Source of the DNA: Hyalangium minutum
GTDB lineage: Bacteria; Myxococcota; Myxococcia; Myxococcales; Myxococcaceae
NCBI RefSeq assembly: GCF_000737315.1
Contig: NZ_JMCB01000015.1
Span: forward strand, 1-64,000
DNA: 64,000 bases
Direction of reading: 5' to 3'
Under the pieces are notes generated by a model. The model did no database searches, was not told the DNA's origin, and saw nothing but the letters and a program-made list of their open reading frames with translations. Positions 42,036-50,947 of the stretch are shown here, piece after piece (position 1 is the stretch's first letter; each line of letters opens with the position of its first letter). The position numbers and the translations under genes are program-made.

Positions 42036-43318
42036 TGAACCCCGACGTGGTGAACTTCGAGGAGGGCGAGGCCTTCGCCCGGCGCATGGATGCCGAGGAT
42101 CCGCTGCGCCACTTCCGCGACGAGTTCCTCTTCCCCCGCAACAAGGCCGGCGAGCCCGCCATCTACTTCGTGGGCAACTCGCTCGGGCTCCAGCCGCGCA
42201 AGGCGAAGCAGTACGTGCTGCAGGAACTGGAGGACTGGGAGAAGTTCGGCGTCGAGGGCCACTTCCACGCCCGCAGCCCCTGGCTGCCCTACCACGAGAC
42301 GTTGACCGCGCAGACAGCCCGCCTCGTGGGCGCGATGCCGCTCGAAGTGGTGGTGATGAACACCCTCTCGGTGAACCTCCACCTGATGATGGTGTCCTTC
42401 TACCGGCCCACGCGCGAGCGCTTCCGGATCCTCATCGAGGGTGGGGCCTTCCCGTCGGACCAGTACGCGGTGGCCTCGCAGGCGCGCTTCCACGGCTTCG
42501 ATCCGCGAGATGCCATCCTCCGCCTGGAGCCGCGCCCCGGCGAGGACACGCTGCGCGAGGAGGACATCCTCGACACCATTGATCGTCACGGGCCCGAGAT
42601 CGCCCTCGTGCTGCTGGGCAACGTGAACTATCTCACCGGGCAGGCCTTCGACATGAAGGCCATCACCCGCGCCGCGCACGAGCGGGGCTGCCGCGTCGGC
42701 TTTGATCTCGCCCACGGCGCCGGCAACCTGCGGCTGTCGCTGCACGATGACGGACCGGACTTCGCGGTGTGGTGCTCGTACAAGTACCTCAACGGTGGCC
42801 CGGGCACGCTGGGCGGCGTCTTCGTCCACGAGCGCCACGCCCACATGCCTGGCATTCCTCGCTTCGAGGGCTGGTGGGGCCACGACAAGGCCACCCGCTT
42901 CGAGATGGGCCCTGACTTCGTGCCGTTGGCGGGCGCAGAGGGCTGGCAGCTCTCCAACCCGCCCATCCTCCAGATGGCCGCGCTGCGCGCCTCCATGGAG
43001 ATCTTCGATCAGGCGACGATGCCCGCGCTCCGGCTCAAGGGAGACCTGCTCACCAGCTACCTCGAGTTCCTCCTGGATCGCCTTCCCCCGGAGATGGCGC
43101 GCATCGTCACTCCGCGCGACTTGAAGGCCCGAGGCTCGCAGCTCTCGCTGCGCTTCAGCAAGGAGCCCAAGAAGCTGCTCGCCAAGCTCGTGGAGGCCGG
43201 TGCCTTCTGTGACTTCCGCGAGCCGGACATCATCCGGGCGTCTCCCGCGCCGCTGTACTGCAGCTTCCTCGACGTCTACCGCTTCGTGAGGATCCTCGAG
43301 AACCATGCACGCGCTTGA
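42032..43318 (+). CDS. kynU: Kynureninase
   Basis: YFVGNSLGLQP, MNTLSVNLH, FPSDQY, DLAHGAGN, WCSYKYLNGGPG, LSNPP. Confidence 0.96.
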   Translation: MMNPDVVNFEEGEAFARRMDAEDPLRHFRDEFLFPRNKAGEPAIYFVGNSLGLQPRKAKQYVLQELEDWEKFGVEGHFHARSPWLPYHETLTAQTARLVGAMPLEVVVMNTLSVNLHLMMVSFYRPTRERFRILIEGGAFPSDQYAVASQARFHGFDPRDAILRLEPRPGEDTLREEDILDTIDRHGPEIALVLLGNVNYLTGQAFDMKAITRAAHERGCRVGFDLAHGAGNLRLSLHDDGPDFAVWCSYKYLNGGPGTLGGVFVHERHAHMPGIPRFEGWWGHDKATRFEMGPDFVPLAGAEGWQLSNPPILQMAALRASMEIFDQATMPALRLKGDLLTSYLEFLLDRLPPEMARIVTPRDLKARGSQLSLRFSKEPKKLLAKLVEAGAFCDFREPDIIRASPAPLYCSFLDVYRFVRILENHARA

Positions 43319-44702
43319 TCGGACGCAGACGGTGACCCTGGCGGGGGCGGGCCTCGTGGGCTCGCTGATGGCCATGTTCCTGGCCCGGCGCGGCTTCCAA
43401 GTGGAAGTCCTGGAGCGGCGGCCGGACATGCGCCGCGAGACGGTGGAGGCCGGGCGCTCCATCAACCTCGCCATCTCCGCGCGAGGGCTCTACGCGCTGA
43501 AGCAGGTGGGCCTGGAGGACGAGGCTCGGCGCCACGCCATCCCCATGCGCGGGCGGATGATCCACCCGCTGTCAGGCGAGCTGACGCTGCAGCCCTACGG
43601 CAAGGACGACTCGCAGCACATCAACAGCATCTCCCGCGCGTGGCTCAACCAGTTCCTGATGACGCACGCCGAGGGCACTGGCAAGGTGCGCATCCGCTTC
43701 AAGCAGCGCATCCAGAGCGTGGACTTCGACACGGGCACGCTCTCTGTCCTGGACGAGCCGAGCGGCACCACCCGCGAGGAGCGCGTCCCGGTGCTGCTTG
43801 GGGCGGACGGCTCGGGCTCGGCGGTGCGGCAGGCGATGGCGAAGCTGCCGGGCAACACCTCCACCCAGGACGTGCTGAGCCACGGCTACAAGGAGCTCTC
43901 CATCCCCGCGGGGCCGGGCGGCTCCTTCCGCATGGAGAAACACGCGCTCCATATCTGGCCGCGCGGCACTTTCATGCTCATCGCGCTGCCCAACGAAGAC
44001 GGCAGCTTCACCTGCACGCTCTTCCTTCCCTTCGAGGGGCCGGTGAGCTTCGCGTCGTTGGACTCGCCCTCGAAGGTGACGGCCTTCTTCCAGGAGCAGT
44101 TTCCGGACGCCGTGCCGCTCATTCCCACGCTCACGCATGACTTCTTCCACAACCCCACCGGCCACATGGTGACGGTGAAGAGCGCGCCGTGGCACGTGGA
44201 AGGCCGGGCCCTGGTGCTCGGAGATGCCGCGCACGCCATCGTCCCGTTCTTCGGGCAGGGGATGAACTGCGGCTTCGAGGACTGCGTGGCGCTCGATGGG
44301 CTCCTGGCGCGCCACTCGCGCTGGGAGGACGCATTCGAGGAGTTCTTCCGCCTGCGCAAGCCGAACGCGGACGCCATCGCCGACATGGCCGTGGAGAACT
44401 TCATCGAGATGCGCGACAGCACTGCCAGTCCGCGCTTCCTATTGGAGAAGCAGGTGGAGAAGGTGCTGCTCAACGCTTTCCCCGGACAGTTCCTCAGCCG
44501 CTACACCCTGGTCAGCTTCAGCCGCGTGCCGTACCGCCTCGCTTATGAGGTGGGCGCCATTGCCGGTCGCATCGTCTCCGAGCTGTCCGAGGGCCTCACC
44601 CGTGCGGAGGAGGTGGATCTCGATCGCGCCGCCCGGCTCGTCCGCGAGCGGCTCGTTCCTTTCCTGGAGGCGCACCCGGACGGATTCAAGCCTGAAGGGT
44701 AG
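43305..44702 (+). CDS. kmo: Kynurenine 3-monooxygenase
   Basis: GAGLVG, GRSINLAISARG, LHIWPRG, IALPNEDGSFTCTLF, GDAAHAIVPFFGQGMNCGFED. Confidence 0.95.
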   Translation: MHALDRTQTVTLAGAGLVGSLMAMFLARRGFQVEVLERRPDMRRETVEAGRSINLAISARGLYALKQVGLEDEARRHAIPMRGRMIHPLSGELTLQPYGKDDSQHINSISRAWLNQFLMTHAEGTGKVRIRFKQRIQSVDFDTGTLSVLDEPSGTTREERVPVLLGADGSGSAVRQAMAKLPGNTSTQDVLSHGYKELSIPAGPGGSFRMEKHALHIWPRGTFMLIALPNEDGSFTCTLFLPFEGPVSFASLDSPSKVTAFFQEQFPDAVPLIPTLTHDFFHNPTGHMVTVKSAPWHVEGRALVLGDAAHAIVPFFGQGMNCGFEDCVALDGLLARHSRWEDAFEEFFRLRKPNADAIADMAVENFIEMRDSTASPRFLLEKQVEKVLLNAFPGQFLSRYTLVSFSRVPYRLAYEVGAIAGRIVSELSEGLTRAEEVDLDRAARLVRERLVPFLEAHPDGFKPEG

Positions 44703-44808
44703 GACAGGGAGGAGGGGGGCGCCTTCCGGTGGCCCTCTGCCCGCTGTGGTAGAGTGAGCCCTGGCTTCGGCTGCGGCGATGCATCGCCCCGCCTCCCCCC
44801 AGGTGCCC

Positions 44809-45513
44809 ATGTTCGATCTCGACCTTGCGACCACCCCCATGTGGCTCATGTCCTTCCTCGCCATCAGCGATGGACTCTGGATTGCCACGTACATCCTGTG
44901 CATCCGCCAGGCCGCCAAGGACAAGGTCTACGCCATCCCGCCGACGGCGCTCGCCGCCAACTGGATGCTGGAGATCACGTTCACCCTCATCTATCCGCCC
45001 CCGCCGCCGGTCGGCTACGCGATGGTGCCGATGGCCCTCTTCACCACCTTCCTCGCGTATCAATACTTCAAGTACGCGAAGAATGATCCCAGCCTCCCCA
45101 ACATCAACCCCAAGTGGATGCTGCCCATCTTCGTGCTCTCCTGCGCGATGAGCATGCCGCTCGTCATGGCCACCACGCGGCACTTCCAGGACAACAACTG
45201 GCACATCTCCAACTTCGTCGTGCTGCTGGACTCGGCGCTGTGGGTCCACATGATTCTGCGGCGCAATGACATGCGCGGGCAGTCGCTCTACATCGGTCTG
45301 TGCAAGGGCATTGGATCGGCGGGTGTGGCGGTGGCCTTTGTCCTGCTCTTTGGCATCAACCACCCCCTCATCATCATCTCCGTCATCGTGACGGCGATCC
45401 TGGACGCCTGGTACGTGGGGTTGATCTTCGTGAAGTGCCGCGAGCTGGGAATCAATCCCTGGCAGTGGAACCGGGAGCCGCAAGCGGCGCGGCCCACGTT
45501 GGCGGCGAACTGA
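44809..45513 (+). CDS. 7-TM membrane protein, Pyr4/PaxB-like terpene cyclase family
   Basis: W..TY..CIR..KDK.YAIP..ALAANWMLE and R..RGQS....KGIGS patterns; ~235 aa, highly hydrophobic. Confidence 0.65.
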   Translation: MFDLDLATTPMWLMSFLAISDGLWIATYILCIRQAAKDKVYAIPPTALAANWMLEITFTLIYPPPPPVGYAMVPMALFTTFLAYQYFKYAKNDPSLPNINPKWMLPIFVLSCAMSMPLVMATTRHFQDNNWHISNFVVLLDSALWVHMILRRNDMRGQSLYIGLCKGIGSAGVAVAFVLLFGINHPLIIISVIVTAILDAWYVGLIFVKCRELGINPWQWNREPQAARPTLAAN

Positions 45514-45531
45514 GGTGCCGGGCCCTTGGGC

Positions 45532-46338
45532 TCACAGCAGTGAGCCGAGGGCCTCCACCACCTGCCGCCATTCCGGGGCGAGCGGGTTGATGAGCTCGAA
45601 GTGCCCCGCGCCTGGCAGCGTGACGAGGCGGACGTCGTCTCCCACCGCCGCCGCGCGGGCGTGGTACTCGATGCTGAGCGAGACGGGGACGGTGTCGTCC
45701 TCGGTGCCGTGCAGGAGGATCTGCCGCACACCCAGCGGCACGAGCGCGGAAGGGGAGCCGAGCTGGTAGCGCTCGGGAACCTGCGCGGGCGTCCCGCCGA
45801 GGAACTCCTCCACGATGCCTTGGCTGAGCCGCAGCGCGAGGGCCTGCTCCAGGTTCACCACTCCCGCGAGCCCCACCACCCCGCGGGGGATGAAGGGGGT
45901 GGGGCGGTAGAGCGGCGCTTCCGGTGGCAGGCGGCGGCGCGCGGCAAGCCAGAGGGCCAGATGGCCTCCCGCCGAGTGCCCCATGAACACCGCGCGCGAC
46001 AGGTCCAGCGGCTGCGAGGCCGCGAGCGTGCGCAGGAAGTCCACGCCTTCGGCCACGTCCTCGAAGGTGCCGGGCCAGCCGCCGCCCTCGTGGCCCACGC
46101 GGCGGAACTCGAGGCTCCAGGTGGCAAAACCGCGCCGTGTGAGGTCCGCGCACAGGTGGCCCACATGCTCCAGGTCGTACTTCGCGCGCCAGAACCCACC
46201 GTGCACCATGACGACGACAGGGTGAGGGCCTGGGCCCTGCGGTAGGCGCAGGTCTCCGAACTGGTACGGGTTCTTCCCGTACGGGATGCGAGCATCCGCG
46301 GGCGGAGAGGGGGTTTCGAGCATCCAGAGCGGGTCCAT
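45532..46338 (-). CDS. Alpha/beta hydrolase (BD-FAE / kynurenine formamidase-like)
   Basis: HGGFW, GHSAGG nucleophile, HGTEDDTVP, GAGHF. Confidence 0.85.
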   Translation of the reverse strand: MDPLWMLETPSPPADARIPYGKNPYQFGDLRLPQGPGPHPVVVMVHGGFWRAKYDLEHVGHLCADLTRRGFATWSLEFRRVGHEGGGWPGTFEDVAEGVDFLRTLAASQPLDLSRAVFMGHSAGGHLALWLAARRRLPPEAPLYRPTPFIPRGVVGLAGVVNLEQALALRLSQGIVEEFLGGTPAQVPERYQLGSPSALVPLGVRQILLHGTEDDTVPVSLSIEYHARAAAVGDDVRLVTLPGAGHFELINPLAPEWRQVVEALGSLL

Positions 46339-46353
46339 GGAGGCTCGGGCCGC

Positions 46354-46812
46354 TCAGAAGCGGGAGATGGCAAAGAAGGCTTTAATCTTGTCGCTCGTCT
46401 CGCGCAGCCGCTCGGAGAGCGTGCGGACGAAAGTCCACAGCAGCACGTACGCCAGGTCCTTGTCCGTGAACATCAGCTGGTCCAGCTTGGCCCGCTCGAC
46501 GACCCAGAGCGTACAGGGCGTGTGAGCAATGGCATCCGCAGAGCGGGGGCTGTCATCGATTACCGCCATTTCCCCGAAATACTGGCCCTTCTCCAGGATG
46601 GCGAGCGCCTCCTCGCCTATCCCCGGGACATTCTTGGAGATGCGCACCCGCCCTTCGACGATGACGTACATCTCCTGACCTGTATCGCCCTCGCGGAAGA
46701 TAAAGGAGCTGCCCTCGTACTGCCGGACCTGAGCAATGGATGCCACCTTGGCAAGCTGGCCCTGAGTCAAGCCCTCGAAGAGCGCAACCTTTTTGAGGAG
46801 CGAGGCATCCAT
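46354..46812 (-). CDS. Stand-alone cyclic-nucleotide-binding domain protein
   Basis: IFREGDTG..YVIVEG.V, FGEMA..PRSADA; no HTH. Confidence 0.88.
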   Translation of the reverse strand: MDASLLKKVALFEGLTQGQLAKVASIAQVRQYEGSSFIFREGDTGQEMYVIVEGRVRISKNVPGIGEEALAILEKGQYFGEMAVIDDSPRSADAIAHTPCTLWVVERAKLDQLMFTDKDLAYVLLWTFVRTLSERLRETSDKIKAFFAISRF

Positions 46813-46883
46813 GAGTTCACTTCGTATCACGCGCTATGGGCGCTCTGGTACTTTCCGGCCCCCTTCGAAGAGGAGCTACAGCC

Positions 46884-47846
46884 GTGGCGGACGAGAAGAT
46901 CAACAAGGTGACCATCATCGGTTCGGGGCCTGCGGGCTACACGGCGGCGATCTATGCCGCTCGGGCCAATCTGGAGCCGGTCGTCTTCGCGGGAGGACCC
47001 ACGCTGGAGGACCCTCAGCGCGTGCCCGGCGGGCAGCTGATGATCACCACCGAGGTGGAGAACTACCCGGGCTTCGCCGAGGGCATCACCGGCCCCGAGC
47101 TCATGGAGCGCTTCCAGAAGCAGGCCGAGCGCTTCGGCACCCGCATCCACATGGAGAACGTGGTGAAGGTGGACCTGTCCTCGCGTCCGTTCCTCATCCA
47201 GGGCGAGAGCGTGAGCTACCGCTCGGAGACGGTCATCATCTCCACGGGCGCCAGCGCCAAGTGGCTGAACGTCAAGGGCGAGGACATGTACAAGAACCGG
47301 GGCGTATCGGCGTGCGCCACGTGTGACGGTGCGTTCTTCAAGAAGCAGAACGTGCTGGTGGTGGGCGGCGGCGACACCGCCATGGAGGAGGCCACCTACC
47401 TGGCGAAGATTGTCGACAAGGTCACCCTGCTGCACCGCCGGGACAGCCTGCGCGCCTCGAAGATCATGCAGGACCGTGTGCTCAACAACCCGAAGATCTC
47501 CGTGATGTGGAACTCGGTGGTGGAAGAGGTGGTGGGCAACGCGAAGGGGATGACGGGCGCGGTGGTGCGCAACATGAAGACGAACGACACCCAGCTGTTG
47601 GCAGCCACGGGCCTGTTTGTCGCCATCGGCCACACGCCCAATACGCAGCTCTTCCAGGGCGTGCTGGAGACGCACCAGAGTGGCTACCTGAAGACGGTGC
47701 CGGGCAGCACCCGCACCAACATTGAGGGCGTGTACGCCTGCGGTGATGTGCAGGACAGCTTCTACCGGCAGGCGATTACGGCTGCGGGCACGGGCTGCAT
47801 GGCCGCCATCGAGGCAGAGCGCTGGCTCATCGAACAGGGCAAGTGA
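46884..47846 (+). CDS. trxB: Thioredoxin reductase
   Basis: IIGSGPAGYTAAIY, VENYPGF, SACATCDG, GGGDTAMEEA, FVAIGH, YRQAITAAGTGC; GTG at 46884. Confidence 0.96.
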   Translation: MADEKINKVTIIGSGPAGYTAAIYAARANLEPVVFAGGPTLEDPQRVPGGQLMITTEVENYPGFAEGITGPELMERFQKQAERFGTRIHMENVVKVDLSSRPFLIQGESVSYRSETVIISTGASAKWLNVKGEDMYKNRGVSACATCDGAFFKKQNVLVVGGGDTAMEEATYLAKIVDKVTLLHRRDSLRASKIMQDRVLNNPKISVMWNSVVEEVVGNAKGMTGAVVRNMKTNDTQLLAATGLFVAIGHTPNTQLFQGVLETHQSGYLKTVPGSTRTNIEGVYACGDVQDSFYRQAITAAGTGCMAAIEAERWLIEQGK

Positions 47847-47853
47847 GCAGGAC

Positions 47854-49050
47854 ATGAGCCAGAAGCCGCTGAGTCCGAAGACGGTGGCGGTGCACGCGGG
47901 GAGCCGGCTGGTGGGCAGCACCTCCCAGCCGCTCGCGCCCGCCATCCACATGTCCACGGTGGGGTGGTTCGACAGCAGCGACGAGCTGGACGGAGCGCTG
48001 GACGGGAAGGACTACGTCTACTCGCGCATCAGCGCCCAGAACACCTCGCTGTTGGAGGAGTCCGTGGCGGCGCTGGAGGGTGCCGAGGCGTGCGCCTCCT
48101 ACGCCAGCGGCATGGCGGCGCTTCGGGCTGTCTTCGAGGCACAGAACCTCCAGGCCATGGACCGGGTCGTCATGCCCGCGGATGGCTACGGTGTCACGCG
48201 GGTGCTCTTCAAGACGTTGAGCGCCCGTGCCCGCGTGGAATTGCACCCGCTGATCCTTTCCGATCCTGAGGCACCCGAGCGCATCCTCGAGCTGGAGCCC
48301 AAGCTCGTGGTGGCTGAGAGCATCACCAACCCGTTGCTCTCCGTGCCGGACCTCCGGGCTCTGGCGCAGGCTTGCAAGAAGGTGGGGGCGGTGCTGGCCG
48401 TGGATGCCACGTTCCCCTCGCCGTATGGGCAGCGTGCCCTGGCGCTTGGGGCGGACTACGCGATTCAGTCCGCGACGAAGTGGATCAACGGGCACAGTGA
48501 CGCGCTGGCGGGCACGGTGAGTGGCTCGCGCGAGCGCCTGGCGCCGCTGCGCTCCTTGCGTCTGATGGGGGGGGACGTGCTGGGGCCCTTCGAGGCGTGG
48601 CTCACGCAGCGTGGCCTGCGCACGTTGCACGTGCGGATGAAGGCGCACTTCGAGAACGCGGCTCACGTGGCCCGGCGCCTCGCGGAGTCCCCGCTGCTGG
48701 AGCGTGTCTACTACCCGGGCCTGAACTCACACCCGAACCACACGGTGGCGCGGGAGGTGCTGGAGAACGGCTTCGGGCCCATGGTGGCCTTCGAGATCAA
48801 GGGCGCGGGCCGGCCTGAGGGCTTCCGGTTCCTGGAGGCGCTGAAGGTGGCGCGGCCGGGACCGTCGCTTGGGGACGTGTGCACGCTGGTGATGCACGCG
48901 GCCAGCGCGAGTGCCCGCCGGATGACGCCCGAGGAACGGGCCGCGGCTGGGATTCGCGAGAACCTCATCCGCGTCTCCGTGGGTCTGGAGGATCCCGAGG
49001 ACATCGTCGAGGACCTGCTCGCGGCCGTGGCGCATGGGGTGAAGCGGTGA
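47854..49050 (+). CDS. PLP-dependent Cys/Met metabolism enzyme (cystathionine gamma-synthase/lyase family)
   Basis: SGMAA, ESITNP, VDATF, SATKWINGHSD (PLP Lys), SLGDVCTL, RVSVGLED. Confidence 0.9.
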   Translation: MSQKPLSPKTVAVHAGSRLVGSTSQPLAPAIHMSTVGWFDSSDELDGALDGKDYVYSRISAQNTSLLEESVAALEGAEACASYASGMAALRAVFEAQNLQAMDRVVMPADGYGVTRVLFKTLSARARVELHPLILSDPEAPERILELEPKLVVAESITNPLLSVPDLRALAQACKKVGAVLAVDATFPSPYGQRALALGADYAIQSATKWINGHSDALAGTVSGSRERLAPLRSLRLMGGDVLGPFEAWLTQRGLRTLHVRMKAHFENAAHVARRLAESPLLERVYYPGLNSHPNHTVAREVLENGFGPMVAFEIKGAGRPEGFRFLEALKVARPGPSLGDVCTLVMHAASASARRMTPEERAAAGIRENLIRVSVGLEDPEDIVEDLLAAVAHGVKR

Positions 49051-49493
49051 AGATGGTCAATGTTGGAGGCAAGCGGAAGACGGAGCGCATGGCTGTGGCC
49101 ACCTCGCGCCTGCACATGCTGCCGGCGACGCTGAAGCGCATCCAGGAGGGCAAGGTCGAGAAGGGCGATGTGCTGGCCGCGGCCCGGCTGGCGGGCATCA
49201 TGGCCGCGAAGAGGACTCCGGATGTGGTGCCGTTGTGTCACCCCATCGCGCTCTCTGGCGTGGAGGTGACGCTGGCACCTTTCGAGAACGGGCTGGAGGT
49301 GCGCGTCGAGGTCCGCACTGTCGACCGTACCGGCGTGGAGATGGAGGCCCTCACGGCGGCCTGCGCGGCGGCCCTCACGGTCTACGACATGTGCAAGAGC
49401 GTGGACCGGGGCATGGTCATCGAGCGCGTCCAGCTGGAGCACAAGTCCGGCGGCCGCTCGGGGACGTGGAACCGCAAGGGCTCGAAGCGCTGA
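49047..49493 (+). CDS. moaC: Cyclic pyranopterin monophosphate synthase
   Basis: MVNVGGK..T.R.A.A, KGDVL, IMAAKRT..PLCHP, GVEMEALT, YDMCK, KSGG. Confidence 0.95.
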   Translation: MKMVNVGGKRKTERMAVATSRLHMLPATLKRIQEGKVEKGDVLAAARLAGIMAAKRTPDVVPLCHPIALSGVEVTLAPFENGLEVRVEVRTVDRTGVEMEALTAACAAALTVYDMCKSVDRGMVIERVQLEHKSGGRSGTWNRKGSKR

Positions 49494-49609
49494 GCACCGC
49501 GCTCCGGGTCTGCCTGGAGTAGGGGGCTGCGGTAGAGGCCCTGGCCGGCTGCCTGCCCCCTTCCAGACCGGTCGTCGGGGGTCGATCTCTCCTCCCGAGA
49601 GGAGATCTC

Positions 49610-50038
49610 ATGTTCATCAGATGGCTGCTGGTAGGGACCTTGGTGCTAGGTGCAGTCGGCCAGCTGCGGTGCACGCCGACCGCGGAGGCCGCGCAGGAGA
49701 GCACGTCCAGCACACTCGACACGGAGAAGAAGGGGGACGAGCCCACGGGCGGCCAGTTCTGCGGGGGCTTCGCCGCCATCCCATGCCCCGAGGGCCTGCT
49801 CTGCGTGGATGACCCCAAGGACTCCTGCGACCCAACCCGGGGCGGCGCCGACTGCGGCGGCATCTGCGTCAAACCTGATGATCAGGAGAAGCCCAAGTGC
49901 GACCACAAAGATCCGAACCGGCGCTACGTCTCGCGCGATCCCAACCAATGCGCCGCGATCCGGTTCATCTGCAATGAGGGCGAGACCGCCTTCTTCGATG
50001 ACTGCGGTTGTGGTTGCGAGTTGACACCTGCTCCCTAG
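49610..50038 (+). CDS. Small secreted cysteine-rich protein
   Basis: Signal peptide/lipobox-like; CGGFAAIPCPEGLLCVDDPKDSCDPTRGGADCGGIC and C..IRF.C..FFDDCGCGC modules. Confidence 0.8.
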   Translation: MFIRWLLVGTLVLGAVGQLRCTPTAEAAQESTSSTLDTEKKGDEPTGGQFCGGFAAIPCPEGLLCVDDPKDSCDPTRGGADCGGICVKPDDQEKPKCDHKDPNRRYVSRDPNQCAAIRFICNEGETAFFDDCGCGCELTPAP

Positions 50039-50044
50039 GCGAGC

Positions 50045-50086
50045 CTTCGGCACGGCGGCGGAGTGCTAGCGTCTCTTGTGCCGAAG
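50045..50086. promoter_or_regulatory. Inverted repeat upstream of iolB (operator or terminator)
   Basis: CTTCGGCAC-N24-GTGCCGAAG. Confidence 0.35.
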
Positions 50087-50109
50087 TGCTCAACCTGTAG
50101 GGAGGGGCC

Positions 50110-50946
50110 ATGACCGACAGCGCCCAGGCGAGGGCCGCCGTCATCACCCGTTACCGGGGAGGATTCCCTCGCGGCCTCACGTGGATCACCCGTGAGGGCG
50201 AGTCCGAGCTGGATACCGGGATGGACTTTGGTATCCACCGCATGGCCCGTGGCGAGGTCTCCCGGGATCCCACTTCCAAAGAAACCGCCTGGATCTTGTT
50301 CTCGGGACAGGTGGAGGTAGAGCTCGGGGGCACTCGGACGCAGGTGGCGCGGACCTCGCTCTTCGAGGAGGCGCCCACGGTCGTCCACGTCCCAGCGGGT
50401 ACTTCCGTCCGCTTGGTGGCCCAGAGCGACGAGGTGGAGTGGGGCGTCGTGTGCGCGACGAACCCCAAGTCCTTCGAGCCGCGCATCTTCTTCCCTCAGG
50501 ACATCCAGGACGAGCTGCGCGGCAAGGGGCTCGTGCAGGACGGGGCAGTGCGCAACGTGCGCTTGGCCTTTGACCTGGCCGTCCGTCCCGAGTCCAACCT
50601 CGTCATCGGCGAGGTGATCAACTACCCGGGCCGCTGGTCCAGCTATCCGCCCCACCACCACGCCCAGACGGAGCTCTACCATTACCGCTTCACGCTTCCT
50701 CAGGGCTACGGCCACGCCGAACTGGGCGAGGACGTCCACAAGGTGCGCCAGTACGACACGGTGAAAATCCTCGGGGGGCTGGATCACCCGCAGGTCTCCG
50801 CGCCGGGCTACGGCATGTACTACCTGTGGGTCGTTCGCCATCAACCGGACAACCCATACCGTGGCTTTGAGTTCGCCGAGGAGCATCGCTGGGTGCTCGA
50901 TGCGCAGCAGCAGGGGTGGCGGCCCAAGAGCGCAGGGGAGCGATGA
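50110..50946 (+). CDS. iolB: 5-deoxy-glucuronate isomerase
   Basis: GRWSSYPPHHH, ELYHYRF, HPQVSAPGY.MYYLW; iol cluster context. Confidence 0.88.
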   Translation: MTDSAQARAAVITRYRGGFPRGLTWITREGESELDTGMDFGIHRMARGEVSRDPTSKETAWILFSGQVEVELGGTRTQVARTSLFEEAPTVVHVPAGTSVRLVAQSDEVEWGVVCATNPKSFEPRIFFPQDIQDELRGKGLVQDGAVRNVRLAFDLAVRPESNLVIGEVINYPGRWSSYPPHHHAQTELYHYRFTLPQGYGHAELGEDVHKVRQYDTVKILGGLDHPQVSAPGYGMYYLWVVRHQPDNPYRGFEFAEEHRWVLDAQQQGWRPKSAGER

Positions 50947-50947
50947 C

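Noticed and set aside
43305-45513. Aurachin or indole-terpenoid biosynthetic gene cluster
   Set aside because: No PKS, prenyltransferase or anthranilate-CoA ligase in the window; the flavoprotein has clear KMO motifs.
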